Counted from the first letter of the stretch, positions 26,001-33,972 are shown. The stretch is 50,975 bases of DNA from Methanobacteriota archaeon (GCA_005878485.1 VBMG01000040.1:1-50975); one strand, 5' to 3'. A program made the numbers and translations. The notes: generated by a model not told the origin, from the letters alone.

Positions 26001-28594
26001 GGCAAGGAACCCTCGAGTCCGAACAGGCGCTACTGAAACAACAGCGGGAGACGTTTGAGGAGGAGGCCTCGACCATGCGGACTGCCTGGGCAGATCGGGT
26101 CATGCGAATCGAGGCCCAAGAGGTCGACCTCGAGGAACGAGAAGAGCGAGTCCGTGGGGACACCGATCGGATTGCCCGGACCGAGGAGGAGCTTAAGCGC
26201 CGCGAAACGGCCGCGGAGGGGGCCGCCCAGGTCGCCTCCCAGATGAAAGAGGAGGCGGAACGAATCCGACGCGAGAGCGAGCAGCGGCTCCTGGAAGTCG
26301 AGTCGAGAGAGCGGGCCCTCCGGGAGGAGGCCGCGCATCACGCGATCGAGCTCACGAAGGAGACGGAACGGTTGAACGCAATCGAAAGCGACCTTGCCGG
26401 GAAACGGTCCGAGTTCGAGCAACTGCATACTGCCCGTACCGCCGAGCTCCGCCAGACGGAAACGGAGCTCGAGAAGAACGCCCAAGCGCTCGATGCGAAC
26501 GGGCGTGAGCTCGCCGAGCGAGAGAGCCGGCTCGTTGCAAGGGAGGAAACAGTACGGCAATCCGAGCTCCGACTTCAGAGGGAACACGAGGACGTCCAAG
26601 CCGGAGCGAAGCAACTCGAATCGCGGGAGCTCGAGCTTACGCAGTTGAAGGACCGATACGACTCCGAAGCCGCGCAAATCCGCAACGAGCTCGAGGGCAT
26701 GCGCCAGTCGGTCGCGGCCAAGGAGACGGAACTCCGCGCGGAGCGAGAACGGATCGAACGGGACTCGTCCGCGCTTCAAGAGACCCTTGGTGCGAAGGCG
26801 AAGGAAATGGCGCTGCGGGAGAAAGCGCTCACCGCGCGAGAGGAAGAATCCCGGGCCGACGAGCAGGAGCTCGAGGCGCGAGGACGGGAGCTGGAGTCGA
26901 AAGAACGCCAGACGGAAGCGCGGACGACCGAACTCTCGGCCCAGGCGATGGCACTCATCCGACGGGAACAGGACCTCAACACGCGCGCGGCGCAAATTGA
27001 GCAGACGGTCCGCAGGGTCGAAACCGAAGCCGCAGAGAAGCGTCGGGAGTGGGAATCCGTCCAAGCGACCTTGCGATCGCAGCAGGCCCAACTGACCGCA
27101 ACGGCGGAGACTCGCGCGGCGGACTTGGCGAAACGAACCCAGGAAGTCGAGGGACGCGAAAGGACCCAACGGGCATGGTTCGCCCAGTTTGAGCTGGAGC
27201 GGTCCAAAGTCGACGCGCAGGCGAAGGCCGTCGCCGCCAAGTCGGCGGAGGCGGAGGCCGCATGGCAACGCTCCGAGGCGCGCCTCGCCGAGCTGAAGAC
27301 GAAGGAGAACGAGACCCTTCGTGCCCGTCAAGCGTTCGAATCGGAACGCTCTACCTGGGCCACCCGCCGAGCCGAAGAGCTGAAACAGCTTGAAGCCACG
27401 CGGGATGCGGCCGGGCAGCAGGCACAGCAGGCCGAACGGCTGGTTTCCGAATCTCAACGCCGCGCGCTAATCGCCGAGGAGGCGGAACGAGCCGCGAAGC
27501 GACAGGCGGCGGATCTCGCGACGCAACAGACTTCCCTTGAGAAACGCCGGTCGGAAGCCGAAAAGGCGGAGCACGATGCGCAGGCGCACATCGCCCAGCT
27601 TCAAGAGGCTTCGCGCAACTTGGCCATGAAAGAAATGAACATCGCGGCAGCGACCAAGGATCTCGAGGCACGGCAGTCGCGGATCTCCGCGTCGGAGCGG
27701 GAAGTCGCGAGCCGCGAGGCGGACCTCCGTTCGAAGAAGACGTCGGTGGATCAGGATGCAGCGCGCGTCGCCGCCCTATCCGAACAGCTCGCGACGCGAC
27801 AGCGAGACTTGGAATCTCGGACGGCGAGCCAGGAGGCGAAGTCCGCGCAGATGTCAAGCAAAGAACAGACGCTCGCGACCGAGCTCCAGCGAGCGGACAA
27901 CTTGATGGAGGACCTCGATAAGAAGGAGCGGGAGATTCGGGCCCGCGATGAGGCCTTGAAGGCATCCGAGGCGACCTTGACGGCTCGAGAAAGCGAAGTC
28001 ACCGCTCGGGACGCCGAGCTTCGGGACGGCACCCGGGGCCTCGAAAAACTTCGCCAGGAGTTGAACGGCCAGCGAGCAGCGACGGAAGAGGCCCGCCGGG
28101 TCGCGGACACGACGCGCGAGGAATCGGAAGTGATGAAACGCGACGCGGAAAAGCTCCGGGCCCAAGCCGGTGCGATGCAGGCGGAGGTCGCCACAAACCT
28201 GCGATTCCTCCAGAAAAAGGCCCTCGACGTGCTCGATCAAGAGGAGAAGATCCGGGATCGTCTCACGCGTATCGAGGAACGAGAGAGGTCTCTGGACGCG
28301 CGGGCGGAAATCCTCGAAGGGAAGGAGCGGACCCTGACGGATGACCAGGCCGATCTCGACGCGAAGACGGCGAAACTGCAGGCGGAGATTGACCGGCTCC
28401 AAGGCCGCCTGGCGGATGCCGAGAAAGCCGGCGGCCCATCCACGGCCGCGATGGAAGAGTGGAAGAAAGATGTCGAGAACCGCGTGAAAATCATCCAGAA
28501 GAAAGCGATGGACCTGCTGGACCGCGAGGAGAAGCTTCGCAAGAAGGAGGAAGAGCTCCGCGCCCTCGCGGAGCAGCTTGGCGCGAGCCGCTGA
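17048..28594 (+). CDS. Giant 3848-aa single-pass membrane protein: extracellular Thr/Ser/Gly-rich beta-helical adhesin-like region, TM helix, shared domain, ~1400-aa cytoplasmic coiled coil (paralog C)
   Basis: Signal peptide MRPATALLLVFVLIATAGLAVA; repeated WTNASTSASW; TM YVLAVPPIGVFLVVAMFA at about 24038-24091, followed by QRARWRP; AFLVDERGRMLREFTLDPSCQVTYD; E/R/A/Q-rich heptads to the C-terminus. Confidence 0.85.
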   Translation: MRPATALLLVFVLIATAGLAVAEQKLLDPFAAFRGPDGSLHIPGSALTNNLLRALFGPRPDPNAPIRLAERVPSPYPTLAIRIVEMEFPQQPSFRFVLRIQDIIGSVNHGLSAAANAITAIGRAAIAAFFNFLTSDAAAAVNVDTTTVADVFPAATTCTTSQSATAADNGVLVMLSERGTTTFASVTYGSTSLTLVAGTAANGGTVVRTEIWGFTGTLPGGLQTMTATLSGGQTAKMSCATILLQGVSPTGSFIRGTNNAANSTNASVTLLGTVAVGNLAFAVAVLQQTNGGAQPTAVTGTGATATDLYGVAVGHCTTGASAASNECAAGSDIPNPGTAITWTNAATQWVVSAVEVVAAPPCGNGSGLCYRIGNGGAWNSASNWSNSSGGAPCSCTPAATDVAVFNANPTGTVTLAAATTIGGIDMTGFTGTLDTTAANSWALTVNGNFLVQGTFLAENSAVSVSGNVGIVSAGTIVNLGGSTWTVNGTWTNASTSSSWVAGTSTVTIADAGNATLTFAALTGGTNEFNNMTLDSIAIGGAVYTMAINAVRIGAVLTVRNSTAGATGPTILDTSGSNLAVTAGSLALSLLGSVSANGSTVTINGNVTVGAAGAYSTMGTSVWTVTGTWTNASTSASWSAGTSTVTFTSATGGTMTFAGSNLAGSEFYNVAFASSAASAQTFTMSTRGLNWGGTLTVSDASSSTQLATANLSLTGGGLVIGNGGILTANASSASVSSVSMTGGTSGTITLTTGTVTDSGNWDTSGAGSVFTKGTSTVTMTGVSNIAVRNASNNFNNLTISTAGAVTQTGLVDVSGTLGVNAGATLATGTQTLTVGVLAANMAGGITAGPSGTKTIGGNVSIAAAGFFNFGGATWNFSGAWTNASTSASWAPGTGNVVFRDAASQTMTFKASGTEFPNLTLDTTAVAGITYTMATNPLNSGGTLTIQNSVVGPTGNTILTTGASGLGITAAGITIGINGTLTASSSTITDNGNWTSTATNATLNKGTSTVIFGAMGTITLAAGQSFNNMTQGAGTSTLGAALTVTGLLTVNGTLSTSASNFALTAQGGLTVGGSVVAGTSTVAVTGSVNISVAAGFITSSAVGSWTVTNGNWTNASTSASWNFAAPITFTSSVARTMTFAGANLSGNEFAGTVTFDSSVAAGVTYTMASRGLVLGGSVLIRNTAGGATGYTVLDSSPSNLSLTVGSLSLASFGAINTRLSTVAVGGSVTMGAPNTYVTNAGGSWTVSGPWTNASTSASWSFAAPIMFNSSASQTMTFASLTQEFTGNVTFNSGAATVTYTMASNALTTGGTLTVSGGAGTTTLSTSSSNLPISAVALNVGAGGSLAANGSLITVTSVDTHLGTFAVGTSTVVIGASGGTVNVPQTLYNLTVNSGINTTFVSNLAWSAILTLTGAVPTLNGNLSSVGPATLTMTSSTTSIAGSWNTSSTVALASTGSSVTFTGAAQTITLGVSQQFNSLTIAGSISVASNLTATSLTVNVGSTLTKTGHTIVFNSLTVNGTIADGSVNVSNLTVTNSDGTALVTISVFSGWTTGSSYAWTHTSNEASQTITWTIGGNVVGNQFNVTKNGSPFASGTVSGSGQVVFTMLGSDPTMQVSLGAPCAANRYWVQGNGNWNDTNHWSGFSGGGFGCSVPGSSNAVFFDGSSGSATVTINANASMASLNTTGFSGTIAIGVYDVSIGGNVIQAGGTITIGASNGNGLAVNGSLTLSGTASIQMSGASNGSVSGNVTISSPTAFIAFGSGTWTVIGSWSNSSSSNSWAAGTGTVVFAAGSPQVMTFGNLTISEFYDIQIRPPAATTFTMATNGLQWSGTLTLSSNATLVTANLALTGGNLIVGNGAALTAGTSAVGVANVAMTGGTSGTITASGSWTVSGNWDTSGAGSAFVGTSATVLLTGNGVTVRILDAANGFGTLTITGSVSAASAIVVAALLTVNGTFDTTAANYALTMGGGLTLGGANATLRTQASNVSITGNVTVANASGVIGSASGGSWIVSGSWTNASSSASWSFSAPITFNSSSARSMMFAALPSGNAEFVDVTFDGGASTVTYTMAANTLVWSGTLRVQGGSGTTTLVTANLGLAGGSLTIGNAGILMASGSPVIVSNVTVTGGSSGVIIVTSGSWTVLGNWDSSGVGSILTAGTSTMTFAGTSKTISLAPVQAFNRVTIAGTTSMSSTLTAATLTVNSGAILTKTGHGIVFNALTVNGTIADGSVNVSNLTVTNSDGTALVTISLFSGWSTGSSYAWTHTSSETTQTITWTIGGNTAGNLFNATKDGSSFASGAVNGSGQVVFTMLGSDPDMKVTVTPPPIPAWWQSPYVLAVPPIGVFLVVAMFAQRARWRPAKAFLVDERGRMLREFTLDPSCQVTYDQAVGAGVLDAVEKPIKVAKYHGQTVRGDALAVVLLAYGPVTAEQVGFAREMLVQVQDKFEDAVKQRLEEVRSQEATLQAEAKSVEERQHALEIRASEIESTMKQIEAAQLNVASDKAGLEATEGDLKRREAELAESRRSTDELARQLEEKQKSLETRAVEIAAQSDAVDARTEAIRAREETATALDAELRRRNEAVTSQETSLKNEADRVAAQDSSVRARLEEAERREAGVRDGETAFAANREKFEADQKELMEFKRSIENRVAEVDAAEQSLANREKTLDAREARITPVEADLTRREGATTQLEEDLAGRKVLMQAARKEIAERSTDLETREAALARGTEQVETARRSLETERRTIEEVQQQARQAFEAAQSLEAATLARSKDLDLRETRIAPAERQLDERTKELDARQADLASRDEQLAARAQSLDTATQELGARDQSLQEDQVVLGEARAAFEADRRELQDEVARHESEVRRRKADLDAQAKTLGEDQLRMAQDREAFDASQAEKNQAILSREIELEAREQSLREKEGAVRGQAEENARRLTELAAREESLEIEGAKLDKARAELDARKVGLADVAKELDGKAARLREEEAKRAEELRTWQGTLESEQALLKQQRETFEEEASTMRTAWADRVMRIEAQEVDLEEREERVRGDTDRIARTEEELKRRETAAEGAAQVASQMKEEAERIRRESEQRLLEVESRERALREEAAHHAIELTKETERLNAIESDLAGKRSEFEQLHTARTAELRQTETELEKNAQALDANGRELAERESRLVAREETVRQSELRLQREHEDVQAGAKQLESRELELTQLKDRYDSEAAQIRNELEGMRQSVAAKETELRAERERIERDSSALQETLGAKAKEMALREKALTAREEESRADEQELEARGRELESKERQTEARTTELSAQAMALIRREQDLNTRAAQIEQTVRRVETEAAEKRREWESVQATLRSQQAQLTATAETRAADLAKRTQEVEGRERTQRAWFAQFELERSKVDAQAKAVAAKSAEAEAAWQRSEARLAELKTKENETLRARQAFESERSTWATRRAEELKQLEATRDAAGQQAQQAERLVSESQRRALIAEEAERAAKRQAADLATQQTSLEKRRSEAEKAEHDAQAHIAQLQEASRNLAMKEMNIAAATKDLEARQSRISASEREVASREADLRSKKTSVDQDAARVAALSEQLATRQRDLESRTASQEAKSAQMSSKEQTLATELQRADNLMEDLDKKEREIRARDEALKASEATLTARESEVTARDAELRDGTRGLEKLRQELNGQRAATEEARRVADTTREESEVMKRDAEKLRAQAGAMQAEVATNLRFLQKKALDVLDQEEKIRDRLTRIEERERSLDARAEILEGKERTLTDDQADLDAKTAKLQAEIDRLQGRLADAEKAGGPSTAAMEEWKKDVENRVKIIQKKAMDLLDREEKLRKKEEELRALAEQLGASR
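21551..23983 (+). repeat. Internal duplication in the giant gene (about 21551-21874 and 23660-23983)
   Basis: Both copies encode TKTGH.IVFN.LTVNGTIADGSVNVSNLTVTNSDGTALVTIS.FSGW.TGSSYAWTHTS.E..QTITWTIGGN...GSGQVVFTMLGSDP, with many synonymous differences. Confidence 0.9.
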
Positions 28595-28638
28595 CGATCC
28601 CAACTGCGGTTCGTCTGAACCCGGCGGCGTCCCGAACG

Positions 28639-29823
28639 TTATCGCGAGGCTTGGCGAATCGCGCGGTCGAAGTCCTCAATGAGGTCTTCCGGATCTTCGA
28701 GGCCGACACTCACCCGCACGAGACCTTCGGTGACCCCACCCGTCCGGCGCTCGTCCTCCGTGAGCGGGCCGTGCGTCATCGAAGCGGGATGTTGCACGAG
28801 TGTCTCGGTCCCACCGAGGCTGACGGCGAGCGTCGCGACCTCGACGGACTCCACGAACCGCCGGCCTGCACGGAGACCTCCTTTCAACTCGAAGCTGAGC
28901 ATCGCGCCGAACCCCGACATTTGCTTCCGTGCGAGCGCGTGCTGCGGGAAGGACGGCAAGCCCGGGTAATGGACGACGCGGACGGCGGCTCGCTGAGACT
29001 CCAAGAACTCGGCGAGAGCTTGGGCGGTCGCGCCTTGGGCCTGCATCCGGAGAGGGAGCGTCTTGAGCCCCCTCCGGACGAGGAACGCTTCGAAGGGCCC
29101 GAGCGCCGGCCCCAACATCTTGTAGGTGAACCAGATGCGGTCGAACAACTGCTTCTTCGCTGTGACGACGGCACCCGCGACGACGTCGCTGTGGCCTCCC
29201 AGATACTTCGTCGCACTGTGGAGCACGCCGTCGACCCCGAGCGCGAGAGGACGCTGGTTGATCGGCGACGCAAACGTGTTGTCCGCGAGGGTCGTCGCCC
29301 CCACGGCCTTTGCGGCGTCCACCGCCTCCTGGACGTCCGTGATCATCATCGTCGGATTCGCGGGCGTCTCGATGTACACCAAGCGGGTCTCGGGTCGGAC
29401 CGCCTCTTTCCAGGCCCCGGGTTGACGCGGATCCACGAACGACGTGGCCACGCCGAAGCGCGGCAGGAGGCGCGTGAAAATCTCCGTGGTCGCGGTGTAC
29501 AAGCTCGCTCCGGCGACGACGTGATTGCCGGCGTCCACGGACGCGAGAATCGCGGAGGCAATCGCGCCCATCCCGGAACCCGTGACGAGGGCGCGGTGAC
29601 CACCCTCCAGGTCCGCAAGCGCATCTTCGAGGTCGCGGAGCGTCGGGTTCCCCCATCGGGTGTAATACGCTTCGGGCGCCGTTGCGACGGCAAACTCGGC
29701 GCCTTGGCGTGCCGATTCCAACTCCCACGTCGAACTCGCGTAGATCGGCGTGACAATCGGACCGTGGCCTTTCGGACGCCGGCCGTGAACGGCGCGGGTC
29801 CGGGTCCCGAGTCGCTTCGCCAC
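28639..29823 (-). CDS. PLP-dependent trans-sulfuration enzyme (cystathionine gamma-synthase/lyase or methionine gamma-lyase family)
   Basis: YTRWGNPT, SGMGAI, ETPANP, DNTFASP, HSATKYLGGHSD (PLP lysine), AVSLGGTETL. Start reassigned to the GTG at 29823. Confidence 0.9.
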   Translation of the reverse strand: MAKRLGTRTRAVHGRRPKGHGPIVTPIYASSTWELESARQGAEFAVATAPEAYYTRWGNPTLRDLEDALADLEGGHRALVTGSGMGAIASAILASVDAGNHVVAGASLYTATTEIFTRLLPRFGVATSFVDPRQPGAWKEAVRPETRLVYIETPANPTMMITDVQEAVDAAKAVGATTLADNTFASPINQRPLALGVDGVLHSATKYLGGHSDVVAGAVVTAKKQLFDRIWFTYKMLGPALGPFEAFLVRRGLKTLPLRMQAQGATAQALAEFLESQRAAVRVVHYPGLPSFPQHALARKQMSGFGAMLSFELKGGLRAGRRFVESVEVATLAVSLGGTETLVQHPASMTHGPLTEDERRTGGVTEGLVRVSVGLEDPEDLIEDFDRAIRQASR

Positions 29824-30012
29824 ACGGTCGGTCAGGCGGGGTTGGTCGAAATAGCTTTCGAAGAATCTGTGGGAATCATATTCCCAAAGCGGCGAACTGA
29901 GAGTCCGTGCGCGACGGACGCAGTAATACCGGAAAGGTAAAAAAGGGAGGGCGTATACGAGCGTTGCCTGGCTCCGCGACGAGGGCCAGGCGGACACACG
30001 GGAGGCGACACA

Positions 30013-30438
30013 ATGTCGCGTGAAGTGGACTTCAACGCAAAACCGATCGATCCCGATTTCATGAACAAACCGGATGAATATCCGGAAACGGGAACCCACT
30101 TCGATCACAAGGTCTTCGCCGAGGGCATGGAGCGGCTGGATGCCAGCGGGAACCCGTATCCAACGAAACTCGGGATCCACGGTCTCCATGTGGCCGTAGA
30201 CTTCGACGGGTGCGTCGCCGACGGCGTCTGCATGGACGTCTGCCCGGTGGACGTCTTCGAGTGGCTTCTCGCCCCCGGAAAGAAAGGCACGGGGAACGAC
30301 AAGATCATCGAGAAAGGCGGCGAGGAGTGGGATAAGTATCGATGTGACAAGTCCGACATGATCCGGGAGTCGGACTGCATCGACTGCATGGCGTGCGAAA
30401 CCGCCTGCCCGACGAAGGTCATCAAGATCAACCCGTAG
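30013..30438 (+). CDS. zfx: Zinc-containing dicluster ferredoxin (Thermoplasma/Sulfolobus type)
   Basis: N-terminal extension with His residues (THFDH, LGIHG); CVADGVCMDVCP (CxxDxxC) and CIDCMACETACP; GGAGG RBS. Confidence 0.85.
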   Translation: MSREVDFNAKPIDPDFMNKPDEYPETGTHFDHKVFAEGMERLDASGNPYPTKLGIHGLHVAVDFDGCVADGVCMDVCPVDVFEWLLAPGKKGTGNDKIIEKGGEEWDKYRCDKSDMIRESDCIDCMACETACPTKVIKINP

Positions 30439-30543
30439 CGCGCGGCCGAGTCGACCGCGAAGCGTGGCGCAGTGAATCGCGGTCGATTTTGCCCAAGGAA
30501 TTATCTATAACAGCGTTATACAAGAATCGAAACGGGTGCCGCG

Positions 30544-31320
30544 TTGACCGATGTGCTCTACGCCGGGTTTCTCGGCCTCGTCGCGGGACTGGTGCCGGTC
30601 TACATCGGCCTCGCGCCGCTTTGGATCTTCAAGCGCTTGTCTCTCGGATGGAGGACGGCGCTCGTTAGTTTCTCCGCCGGGATCCTTCTGTTCCTGCTCG
30701 CCGATGTCACCCACGAGGGCGTGGAACTCTCCCAAGAGGTTGGGAGCACGCCGGCACTGTTTGCCGTCGGGCTTGCACTGGGCCTCCTGGGCCCGGTTGC
30801 AATCAGCCACGTAAGGCGCCGGAAGTTGACGGTCCCGAACCAAGACCCGCTGGCAGGTGAGGTCTTGCCACCCATCGCAAGTGCGAAACTATTCACCGCG
30901 CAGATGATCGCCCTTGGGATCGGGCTCCACAACCTTGGCGAAGGACTCGCAATCGGAGCGGCGTATGCAGGCGGGGTGTTCGGCCTCACGAACCTGCTCG
31001 TGATCGGGTTTGCTCTCCACAACTCAACAGAGGGGATGGGGATCTCGGGTCCCATGGCCGCGTCAAAGACGGGCGTGAGGCAGCCCCTCATCCTGGGATT
31101 CGTCGCGGGCTCCCCGACAATCCTCGGGAGCGTGATCGGGTCTCAAGCCTACTCTCCCGCGCTCGGGACGTTGTTCTTCGCGGTCGCTGCAGGCGCCCTG
31201 CTGTACGTCATCATCGAGCTCATCAGAGTGACGTCCTCGCCAGAATGGAGTAAGACCACTTTCGTCGGAATCCTCGTCGGAGTCCTTCTCATGTTCGCCA
31301 CAGGCTTGTTGGTCCGTTGA
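30544..31320 (+). CDS. ZIP family metal (Zn/Fe) transporter
   Basis: Multiple TM helices; HNLGEG and HNSTEG motifs. Confidence 0.88.
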   Translation: MTDVLYAGFLGLVAGLVPVYIGLAPLWIFKRLSLGWRTALVSFSAGILLFLLADVTHEGVELSQEVGSTPALFAVGLALGLLGPVAISHVRRRKLTVPNQDPLAGEVLPPIASAKLFTAQMIALGIGLHNLGEGLAIGAAYAGGVFGLTNLLVIGFALHNSTEGMGISGPMAASKTGVRQPLILGFVAGSPTILGSVIGSQAYSPALGTLFFAVAAGALLYVIIELIRVTSSPEWSKTTFVGILVGVLLMFATGLLVR

Positions 31321-31392
31321 CTCGGGCTGCGGGCGGTCATGTCCGTTCGGCGACTCGGGATCGACAAACAACCATCGGGTGCGAGAACAGGA

Positions 31393-32217
31393 TCAGAGAC
31401 CCTCGTTCATCGAGCCGCTGCGATACCCGCGAAGATCGATCGTCACGTAGACGAAACCGGCTTTGCGAACAGCTTCCACGACCTTCTCGGCGGTGGCGGC
31501 CTCGGTGATTCGAGGGAGATCCTCCCGCGGCACTTCGATGCGCGCGATGCCTTCGTGCGCGCGGACTCGGACGATCCGGAAGCCGAGAGCACGAATCGCC
31601 TCTTCCGCCAGTTCGACGCGCCGCAACTTGTCCATAGTGATCATCTCCCCGTACGCGATTCGCGAAGACAGGCACGCATTGCTTGGCTTGTCGTGGAAAC
31701 TCAAGCCGAGTTCCCGGGCAAGGGATCGCACATCCGACTTCGTGAACCCGAACTCGACGAGGGGATGCCAGAAACCCGCTTCATTCATCGCCTGGATCCC
31801 CGGTCGGTGGTCCCCTAGGTCCGACACGTTCACGCCGTCCGCGATCACCATGAAGCCGCGTTGCGATGCAATCGGTTTCAACGCCGCGCCGAGTTCCGTA
31901 CGACAAAAGTAACATCGATTCGTCAGGTTGGAGACGTATCGATCGTTCGCGAGCTCCGAGACCCGGACGGTTTCCACGCGGATGCCGATTTCCGCGGCTT
32001 GCTCCAATGCTTCCTCAAGCTCGCGTCGGGCAAGCGATTCCGCATCCGCGATCACGGCGAGCGCGTCGTCGCCGAGGGCGTCGTGGGCAATTCGTGCGAC
32101 GAGGCCGCTGTCCACTCCGCCGGAATAGGCGACGAGGATCCGCCCCCGCTCCCGCATCGAGTTGACCATCCGATCGTAGGTTCGCGCGAGGTCCATCGCC
32201 CGGGTTTCAACCGCCAT
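31393..32217 (-). CDS. larE: PP-loop ATP-dependent sulfur transferase, LarE-like
   Basis: AYSGGVDS, RCYFCR, DGVNVSDLGDHRPG, DKPSNACLSSRI, GYRSGS. TTTTAT about 26 nt upstream of the ATG at 32217. Confidence 0.8.
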   Translation of the reverse strand: MAVETRAMDLARTYDRMVNSMRERGRILVAYSGGVDSGLVARIAHDALGDDALAVIADAESLARRELEEALEQAAEIGIRVETVRVSELANDRYVSNLTNRCYFCRTELGAALKPIASQRGFMVIADGVNVSDLGDHRPGIQAMNEAGFWHPLVEFGFTKSDVRSLARELGLSFHDKPSNACLSSRIAYGEMITMDKLRRVELAEEAIRALGFRIVRVRAHEGIARIEVPREDLPRITEAATAEKVVEAVRKAGFVYVTIDLRGYRSGSMNEGL

Positions 32218-32270
32218 CAATCGCATCGAATGCGCGGGCGCGGATAAAACCATCGAGCACAACAAACCGT

Positions 32271-33515
32271 ATGGCCTGCGCCGACATCCCCGCGGACGTG
32301 CGGCCGTCGTTTCTCGAATGCACGGCGTGTTCGAAGAAGCATGAGGTCCGCCTGATTAACACATGCGACTGTGGCGCACCGCTTTTCGCCCGCTACGACT
32401 GGAAGGACCTCGCCGTCCAGGATCTCGCGTCGCGACGGGACTTGTGGCGGTACGCTCCGCTACTCCCTCTCGAGGAAACCGAGATTCGATCGCGGGGGGA
32501 AGGTGGCACGCCGCTGTATAAGCTTGAATCGATCGGCACCGGCGGTCGCGTCGCGCGGCTGCGCGTCGCGGGTCTGTATGTGAAGGATGAGGGCTTGAAC
32601 CCGACCCGGACGTTCAAGGCTCGTGGCATGGCCGTCGCCGTCCCGATGGCAAGCTCATTGGGGGCGACGACCCTCGCAGTGCCGACCGCCGGGAACGCGG
32701 GCGCCGCCCTCGCGGCCTATGCGGCGACCTACGGAGTCCGGGCAATCGTCATCATGGCCCGCGACGGACCCGCAGAGCAAGCGCGAGAAGCGGTTGCGTA
32801 CGGGGCTCATCTGTTGCAAGTCGACGAGGACATTTCGGACGCCGGACGGATCGTGAACGAACTCGCGGCCACGACGGAAACTTTCAGTGTCGCGACGCTG
32901 CGAGAACCGTACCGAGTGGAAGGGAAAAAGACAATGCTCATCGAAATCTGGGAGGCGCTCGGCGGCATGCCGGACTGGATCCTCTTCCCCACGGGCGGTG
33001 GAACGGGAGTTGCGGGGATGTGGAAGGCGCTCCAAGAACTCCGGGAACTCGGATGGTACGACGGGCCATGGCCCCGGTTCGGCGTCGTGCAAGCGGAAGG
33101 ATGCGCGCCGCTCGTGAAAGCTTGGAAAGACGGTCGCGAGACGGCGGAACCCTGGCCTGATCCGCGGACGGACGCCGCCGGTCTCCGAGTCCCCGGGACG
33201 CTGGCGGACCGGATCGTGCTTCGCGCGCTCCGCGAGACGCGTGGCGCGGCCATCGCGGTCACCGACGCGGCGATGAGAGTCGCATCCCAGAATCTCGCGG
33301 TCCTCGAAGGAATCAGCGCGTGCCTGGAAGGCGCCGCGACCCTGGCGGGACTCCGCCGGCTTTACGACGAAGGCACGATCACGCGGGATGACCGCGTCGT
33401 GCTCGTGAATACAGGCTCGGCGGATAGCGCGACGGTCCCGCGGCCATCGGTGCCGACAATCCGCACCGCGGCGGACGCGTGCTCGTACCTCGGGCTCACG
33501 CCGCGAGCTTCTTGA
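32271..33515 (+). CDS. thrC: Threonine synthase (fold-type II PLP enzyme) with N-terminal Cys-rich ribbon
   Basis: NPTRTFKARG (PLP lysine), PTAGNAG, EPYRVEGKKT, PTGGGTG, NTG. The start may be the GTG at 32298. Confidence 0.8.
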   Translation: MACADIPADVRPSFLECTACSKKHEVRLINTCDCGAPLFARYDWKDLAVQDLASRRDLWRYAPLLPLEETEIRSRGEGGTPLYKLESIGTGGRVARLRVAGLYVKDEGLNPTRTFKARGMAVAVPMASSLGATTLAVPTAGNAGAALAAYAATYGVRAIVIMARDGPAEQAREAVAYGAHLLQVDEDISDAGRIVNELAATTETFSVATLREPYRVEGKKTMLIEIWEALGGMPDWILFPTGGGTGVAGMWKALQELRELGWYDGPWPRFGVVQAEGCAPLVKAWKDGRETAEPWPDPRTDAAGLRVPGTLADRIVLRALRETRGAAIAVTDAAMRVASQNLAVLEGISACLEGAATLAGLRRLYDEGTITRDDRVVLVNTGSADSATVPRPSVPTIRTAADACSYLGLTPRAS

Positions 33516-33972
33516 CTTCTTCGAGGACGCGTCGGTGGTCCGGGGGAACCTTCGGGTCTTCCGTGACCCATCGATATCGGACAATCCCATCGCGATCGAG
33601 GACGAAGACGGATCGCTTCGAGACGCCCTGGAGGCCGAAGTCGCCGAACTTGTCGTACTGCACTCCGTACGCCTTCGTCACCGTCTTGTTCCAATCGCTC
33701 AGCAAGGGCTAGTTGATCCCGTTCTGTTGCTTGAACACCCGATGGCTTTGGTGGCTGTCCGTGCTGATCCCGAAGACGGTCGCGCCCATCTGCTGGAGGA
33801 TTCCTAGGGAGTCGCGCAACGCGCACAGCTGACCTTGACAGACGTTCGTGAAGTCCCAGACGTAGAACGAGAGGACGATCGGTCCTCGGCCGAGCGCCTT
33901 CGAGAGCGTGACCGGCTTCCCTTCGTCACCCAGCATCGTGAAATCGGGCGCCTTCTGGCCTACCTCGACCAT
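33496..33972 (-). pseudogene. AhpC/TSA peroxiredoxin interrupted by one in-frame TAG at 33709-33711
   Basis: ORFs 33709-33972 and 33496-33705 are in the same frame: ...QQNGIN*PLLSDWNK... Motifs KAPDF, FTNVCQGQLC, GISTDS, KRSVFVLD; GAGGTGA RBS. Confidence 0.75.

Noticed and set aside
24370..28594. SMC or chromosome-segregation ATPase call for the coiled coil
   Set aside because: No Walker A/B, signature motif or hinge; it is fused behind a TM helix.
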